Shown piece after piece: positions 60,199 through 64,000 of a DNA stretch of 64,000 nt (position 1 is the first letter of the stretch; every line of letters starts with the position of its first letter). A program made the position numbers and the translations under genes. This DNA comes from Spirochaetia bacterium (lineage in GTDB: Bacteria; Spirochaetota; Spirochaetia; DSM-2461), in contig OY764216.1 of NCBI GenBank assembly GCA_963668315.1, positions 896,001-960,000 on the forward strand, in the 5' to 3' direction. The notes beneath the pieces are model-generated. The model was given only the letters and a program-made list of their open reading frames with translations, did no database searches and was not told the DNA's origin.

Positions 60199-61796
60199 AA
60201 CTGACACTAGCAGACAAGAAAGCCGGCAACTGGGCCGGTTGGGAAGGAGAACTTCCCCGGTTCGATATCGAGGAAATGAGAAAGAAGACCAAGGCCAGCC
60301 CCGAATGGGTTCACTTCGGCGCGGGTAATATCTTCCGCGGATTCGTCTCTTCCAATCATCAGAAACTGCTGGAAGCGGGTAAGGCCAGTACCGGTATCAT
60401 CGCCGTGGAAACCTTCGACTATGAGATCATCGAGAAAATTTACGAGCCCTTTGATAACCTGACTCTCAACGTGACCGCTCTGTCCGACGGAAAACTGGAA
60501 AAAGAGATTCTCGCCGGAATCGCCGAGGCCCTGACGGGAGACTTTTCCAACGCCGCCCACAAAGCCAGACTGGAAGAGATCTTCACCCATAAGGATCTGA
60601 AGATGGTAAGCTTCACCATCACAGAGAAGGGTTATGCCCTTACCGATGGAAAGGGTGACCTTCTGAACATCGTCAAAGAGGACATGGAAAGAGGCCCCGA
60701 AGGAGCCCGCCATGTGATGGCCATCCTCACCGCCCTTATGTACAAGCGTTTCAAAGCGGGCGAGCTTCCCGTGGCTCTGGTGAGCATGGACAACTGCTCC
60801 CATAACGGCGAGAAACTGCAGAATGCCGTTCTTCAGATGACCGAAGAGTGGGAGAAACGGGGACTGACAGAACCGGCTTTCACCGCCTATATGAAAAACG
60901 GTTCCAAAGTGTCTTTTCCCTGGAGCATGATCGACCGGATCACTCCCCGTCCCAACGAGGGCATCAAAGAGCTCCTCGAGAAGGAAGGCTGGGAAGATAT
61001 GGACGTGGTCATCACAGGCAAAAGCACCTACATCGCGCCCTTCGTCAACGCCGAAGAGACCCGCTACCTCTTCATCGAGGACTCTTTTCCCAACGGAAAG
61101 CTCCCCCTGGATGAAACGGACGGTATCTGGTTCACCGACCGGGAAACGGTCAACAAGGTGGAGACCATGAAGGTCACCACCTGTCTGAACCCCCTCCACA
61201 CGGCCATCGCCTGCATCGGTTCCCTGATGAACTACACCCTGGTGTCCAAAGCCGTTCAGGATAAGGATATCGATAGGCTGATCCACCTTATCGGCTATGA
61301 AGAGGGCCTTCCCGTCGTAACCGACCCGGGCATCATCAAGCCCAGGGACTTCCTGGATCAGGTTTACCTGAAGAGGTTCCCCAACCCTTATATCCCCGAT
61401 GCTCCCCAGAGGATCGCCACGGACACCTCCATGAAAGTGGGCATCCGTTTCGGCGAGACGATTAAATCCTACGTGGCCGCTTCCGATAAGGACGCTTCCT
61501 CCCTCGTGGGTATTCCCCTGGCTATCGCCGGCTGGTTTCGCTACCTCCTGGCCGTGGACGAGGAGGGCAAGCCCATGGATGTCAGCTCCGATCCCCGCAA
61601 GGATGAGATCCAGAGCCGGCTGAACATGGCCGAACCCTTCGGAAAGCCCGCCGATCTGAAAGAGTTCCTGACCAGCAAGGAGATCTTCGGTTCCGACTTG
61701 GTAGCCGCCGGTCTGGGCGAGAAGATTCAGGGTTACTTCGAAGAGATGTGTGCCGGTCCCGGCGCCGTCCGCGAGGTTCTGAAGAAATATCTCTAA
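60195..61796 (+). CDS. Mannitol dehydrogenase family protein (probable D-mannonate oxidoreductase, UxuB-like)
   Basis: HFGAGNIFRG, TITEKGY, SMDN, MIDRITP and KVTTCLN; coupled to uxuA. Confidence 0.88.
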   Translation: MKLTLADKKAGNWAGWEGELPRFDIEEMRKKTKASPEWVHFGAGNIFRGFVSSNHQKLLEAGKASTGIIAVETFDYEIIEKIYEPFDNLTLNVTALSDGKLEKEILAGIAEALTGDFSNAAHKARLEEIFTHKDLKMVSFTITEKGYALTDGKGDLLNIVKEDMERGPEGARHVMAILTALMYKRFKAGELPVALVSMDNCSHNGEKLQNAVLQMTEEWEKRGLTEPAFTAYMKNGSKVSFPWSMIDRITPRPNEGIKELLEKEGWEDMDVVITGKSTYIAPFVNAEETRYLFIEDSFPNGKLPLDETDGIWFTDRETVNKVETMKVTTCLNPLHTAIACIGSLMNYTLVSKAVQDKDIDRLIHLIGYEEGLPVVTDPGIIKPRDFLDQVYLKRFPNPYIPDAPQRIATDTSMKVGIRFGETIKSYVAASDKDASSLVGIPLAIAGWFRYLLAVDEEGKPMDVSSDPRKDEIQSRLNMAEPFGKPADLKEFLTSKEIFGSDLVAAGLGEKIQGYFEEMCAGPGAVREVLKKYL

Positions 61797-61802
61797 AACC
61801 TG

Positions 61803-61828
61803 CTGCCGGGTCTTTTCAGATCCGGCAG
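61803..61828. terminator. Stem-loop between convergent genes
   Basis: CTGCCGGGTCT-TTTC-AGATCCGGCAG. Confidence 0.6.
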
Positions 61829-61832
61829 ACTC

Positions 61833-62660
61833 CTAGATAAGGTCCGCTCCTCCCGAGGAGATAAGGGCCTTGTTCTTGTAGGAATTGGGGGAGAGTCCCG
61901 TCATTCTCTTGAACGTTTTGCTGAAGTAATAGATATCGGAGAAACCCGTTTTGTCCGAGACCTCCCCCACCGTATACTCTCCCGTTTCCAGAAGGGAGGC
62001 GGCCTTGTTTATCCTCACATGGTTGATGAAGTCGGAAATCCCCGTCCCTTCGGTTTTTTTGAAAAGGGAGCCGCAGTAGGCCGGGTGGAGCTTTGCTTTC
62101 CGGGCGAGGGAGGAGATGGTCAGCTTTTTGTCGTAATTCTGAAGGATGTGGCGCTTGATGATTTCCACATGGGCGTTCAGCGGGGCTTCCCGGTTTTCGT
62201 AAACCACTTTATGCAGAATAAGGGAGAAAAGCGCCTGGCACTTCATCTGGTAGCCCGGCCGTTTCTGGAGCCATTCGAAATCCAGTTCGGTAAAAAGACT
62301 CAGGAAATCCCCCAGACCCCCGGTGGCTGTCACTTCGGGCAGGTCGAGCGATTCGTCGTCGTTCAGCAGAAAATCCAGGGAGACGCAGGTCATGCCCCGG
62401 GTCGTGGCGCTGCGGATGCTTCCCGGCGCCAGAAAGAGAATGTCCCCTTCTTCCACCGTCCTCGGTCTGCCGTTGATGATATAGTCGGCGCTCCCCTTGA
62501 GGACGAACAGCAGATCATAGAAAAGAATCTCCTGCTCGTTGATCTGCCAGTTGGGAAGGCACTCCTTTTTCACGAAGTAGCAGAGCCTCGGATGGAGAGC
62601 GGGTGCCAGCTCCGTTTCGTGGAATATACTGGGTCTTTCATTGTTCAGGGATTCATCCAT
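61833..62660 (-). CDS. AraC family regulator
   Basis: Cupin-like N-terminus; GFSDIYYFSKTFKRMTGLSP. Confidence 0.9.
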   Translation of the reverse strand: MDESLNNERPSIFHETELAPALHPRLCYFVKKECLPNWQINEQEILFYDLLFVLKGSADYIINGRPRTVEEGDILFLAPGSIRSATTRGMTCVSLDFLLNDDESLDLPEVTATGGLGDFLSLFTELDFEWLQKRPGYQMKCQALFSLILHKVVYENREAPLNAHVEIIKRHILQNYDKKLTISSLARKAKLHPAYCGSLFKKTEGTGISDFINHVRINKAASLLETGEYTVGEVSDKTGFSDIYYFSKTFKRMTGLSPNSYKNKALISSGGADLI

Positions 62661-62780
62661 GGAGGCTTCCTCGTCTGTTATCTTTAATTATTACAAATAA
62701 AATATACTTGACTCATTTTCTTGTAAAGTAGGATGTGCTAGTTTTATTCCTATTATATTAATACGGAGGAGTTTAGGTTT

Positions 62781-63944
62781 ATGATGAATGTTGCCGTAAT
62801 AGGAACGGGAAACATCGCTCCCAATCATATAGAGGGGCTTTTAGAATTTCCCGATAGGTGCCGCATCACCGCCCTTGTTGATATCTATCCCGAGAAGGCC
62901 GAGGCGATGAAAAAGCGTTTCGGACTGGACTGCCGGATTTTTGATTCCCATGAAAAACTGCTTGCTTCGGACGTCCCCTTTGACCTGGTTCACGTGTGTA
63001 CTCCCCCCTACGTACATGCCCCTATCGCCGTAGATATGATGGATGCGGGAAAAAACGTGGTTGTGGAGAAGCCCATGGCCGCCTCGCTGGAAGAGTGCGA
63101 CAGAATGAACGAAGCGGAGAAGAGAAACGGCGTGGTCATGGCCTGTATCGCCCAGAACCGTTTCCGCGATTCCATATATAAGCTTAAGAAGACCCTGGAC
63201 GGAGGAAAGGCGGGCAAACTGCGCGTGGCCCATGTGAACTCCCTCTGGTGGCGGGGACACTGCTACTACGATCTCTGGTGGAGAGGTCTCTGGGAAAAGG
63301 AGGGCGGCGGTCCGACCCTTAACCATGCTGTTCACCACATCGATATGATCAACTGGATCCAGGGCGAGCTTCCCGCGGAAGTGACCGCTGTTCTGGGAAA
63401 CGTGATGCACGATAACTCGGAAGTGGAAGACGTTTCCTTTGCCGCCCTGCGCTATAAGGACGGCTCCATGGCTCAGGTGACAAGTTCCGTTGTTCATCAC
63501 GGTGAAGAGCAGGGGCTGGTCCTCCAGTGCGAGAAAGCGAAAATCGAGGCCCCCTGGGATACCTACGCCAGCACTTCCCTCCAGAACGGCTTCCCCGAAA
63601 GAAACGAGACTCTGGAAAAGGAGCTGAATGACGATTACGAGGCTATGCCCAACCTGAAGTATGAAGGGCATACCGGCGAGATCGATGATATTCTGAACGC
63701 CCTGGAGAAGGGAGAACGTCCCATGATTACCGGGGAGGACGGACGGAAGACGGTGGAACTGATTTCGGCCATCTACAAGTCGGGATGCCGGAAGGAGACC
63801 GTTACTCTGCCCTTGAGCAAGGATGACGATTTTTATACTTTCCAGGGAATCCTGGATAATGCTGTCAGGTTTTACAAGAAAACATCGAATGTAGAGAATT
63901 TCGCCGCGGAGGAAATAACCGTGGGCAATTACAAAGATAAGTGA
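62781..63944 (+). CDS. Gfo/Idh/MocA oxidoreductase
   Basis: IGTGNIA, VEKPMA and GGGPTLNHAVHHID. Confidence 0.92.
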   Translation: MMNVAVIGTGNIAPNHIEGLLEFPDRCRITALVDIYPEKAEAMKKRFGLDCRIFDSHEKLLASDVPFDLVHVCTPPYVHAPIAVDMMDAGKNVVVEKPMAASLEECDRMNEAEKRNGVVMACIAQNRFRDSIYKLKKTLDGGKAGKLRVAHVNSLWWRGHCYYDLWWRGLWEKEGGGPTLNHAVHHIDMINWIQGELPAEVTAVLGNVMHDNSEVEDVSFAALRYKDGSMAQVTSSVVHHGEEQGLVLQCEKAKIEAPWDTYASTSLQNGFPERNETLEKELNDDYEAMPNLKYEGHTGEIDDILNALEKGERPMITGEDGRKTVELISAIYKSGCRKETVTLPLSKDDDFYTFQGILDNAVRFYKKTSNVENFAAEEITVGNYKDK

Positions 63945-63954
63945 GGTTGATTTT

Positions 63955-64000
63955 ATGGCTAAGAAGGAAGGATTAAACTACGCTCCCAAGGGAAAACCCA
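63955..64000 (+). CDS. Start of next gene (3'-partial), possibly another oxidoreductase
   Basis: GAGG SD, then ATG: MAKKEGLNYAPKGKP, open to the window edge. Confidence 0.5.
   Translation, partial: MAKKEGLNYAPKGKP

Overview
A gene-dense bacterial chromosomal segment of moderately high GC. Signal-peptide style and gene content suggest a free-living spirochaete, but this is inference. I found no rRNA, tRNA, CRISPR array, integrase or transposase. The left part (1-27.6 kb) holds the 3' end of a giant Ig-repeat surface protein, tldD-pmbA with an orphan solute-binding protein, an MsrB-MsrA fusion, an MMPL transporter, proS, pyk, sua5 and several signalling proteins. The right part (27.8-64 kb) is mostly carbohydrate scavenging: a DppA-type ABC system with two GH51s, an ArsR-like regulator and GH31; a GH106-like hydrolase; a sugar ABC system with GH4; uxuA with a uxuB-like gene; Gfo/Idh/MocA oxidoreductases; and four of the window's five AraC regulators. 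A DUF917-hydantoinase A-NCS1 permease-Lrp cassette interrupts this region. The best leads are: (1) about ten genes with leaderless or near-leaderless promoter geometry; (2) an msrBA that may make exported and cytoplasmic isoforms from two start codons; (3) a multi-hairpin intergenic element built from C-GNA-G triloops; (4) a degenerate LytS/YesM-type kinase sharing a 71-bp bidirectional promoter with an AraC gene; (5) two membrane sensors with an uncharacterised Cys4 tail; (6) the DUF917/HyuA operon without HyuB; (7) a triple ATC-N9-GAT operator. All calls come from reading motifs by eye; no searches were run.
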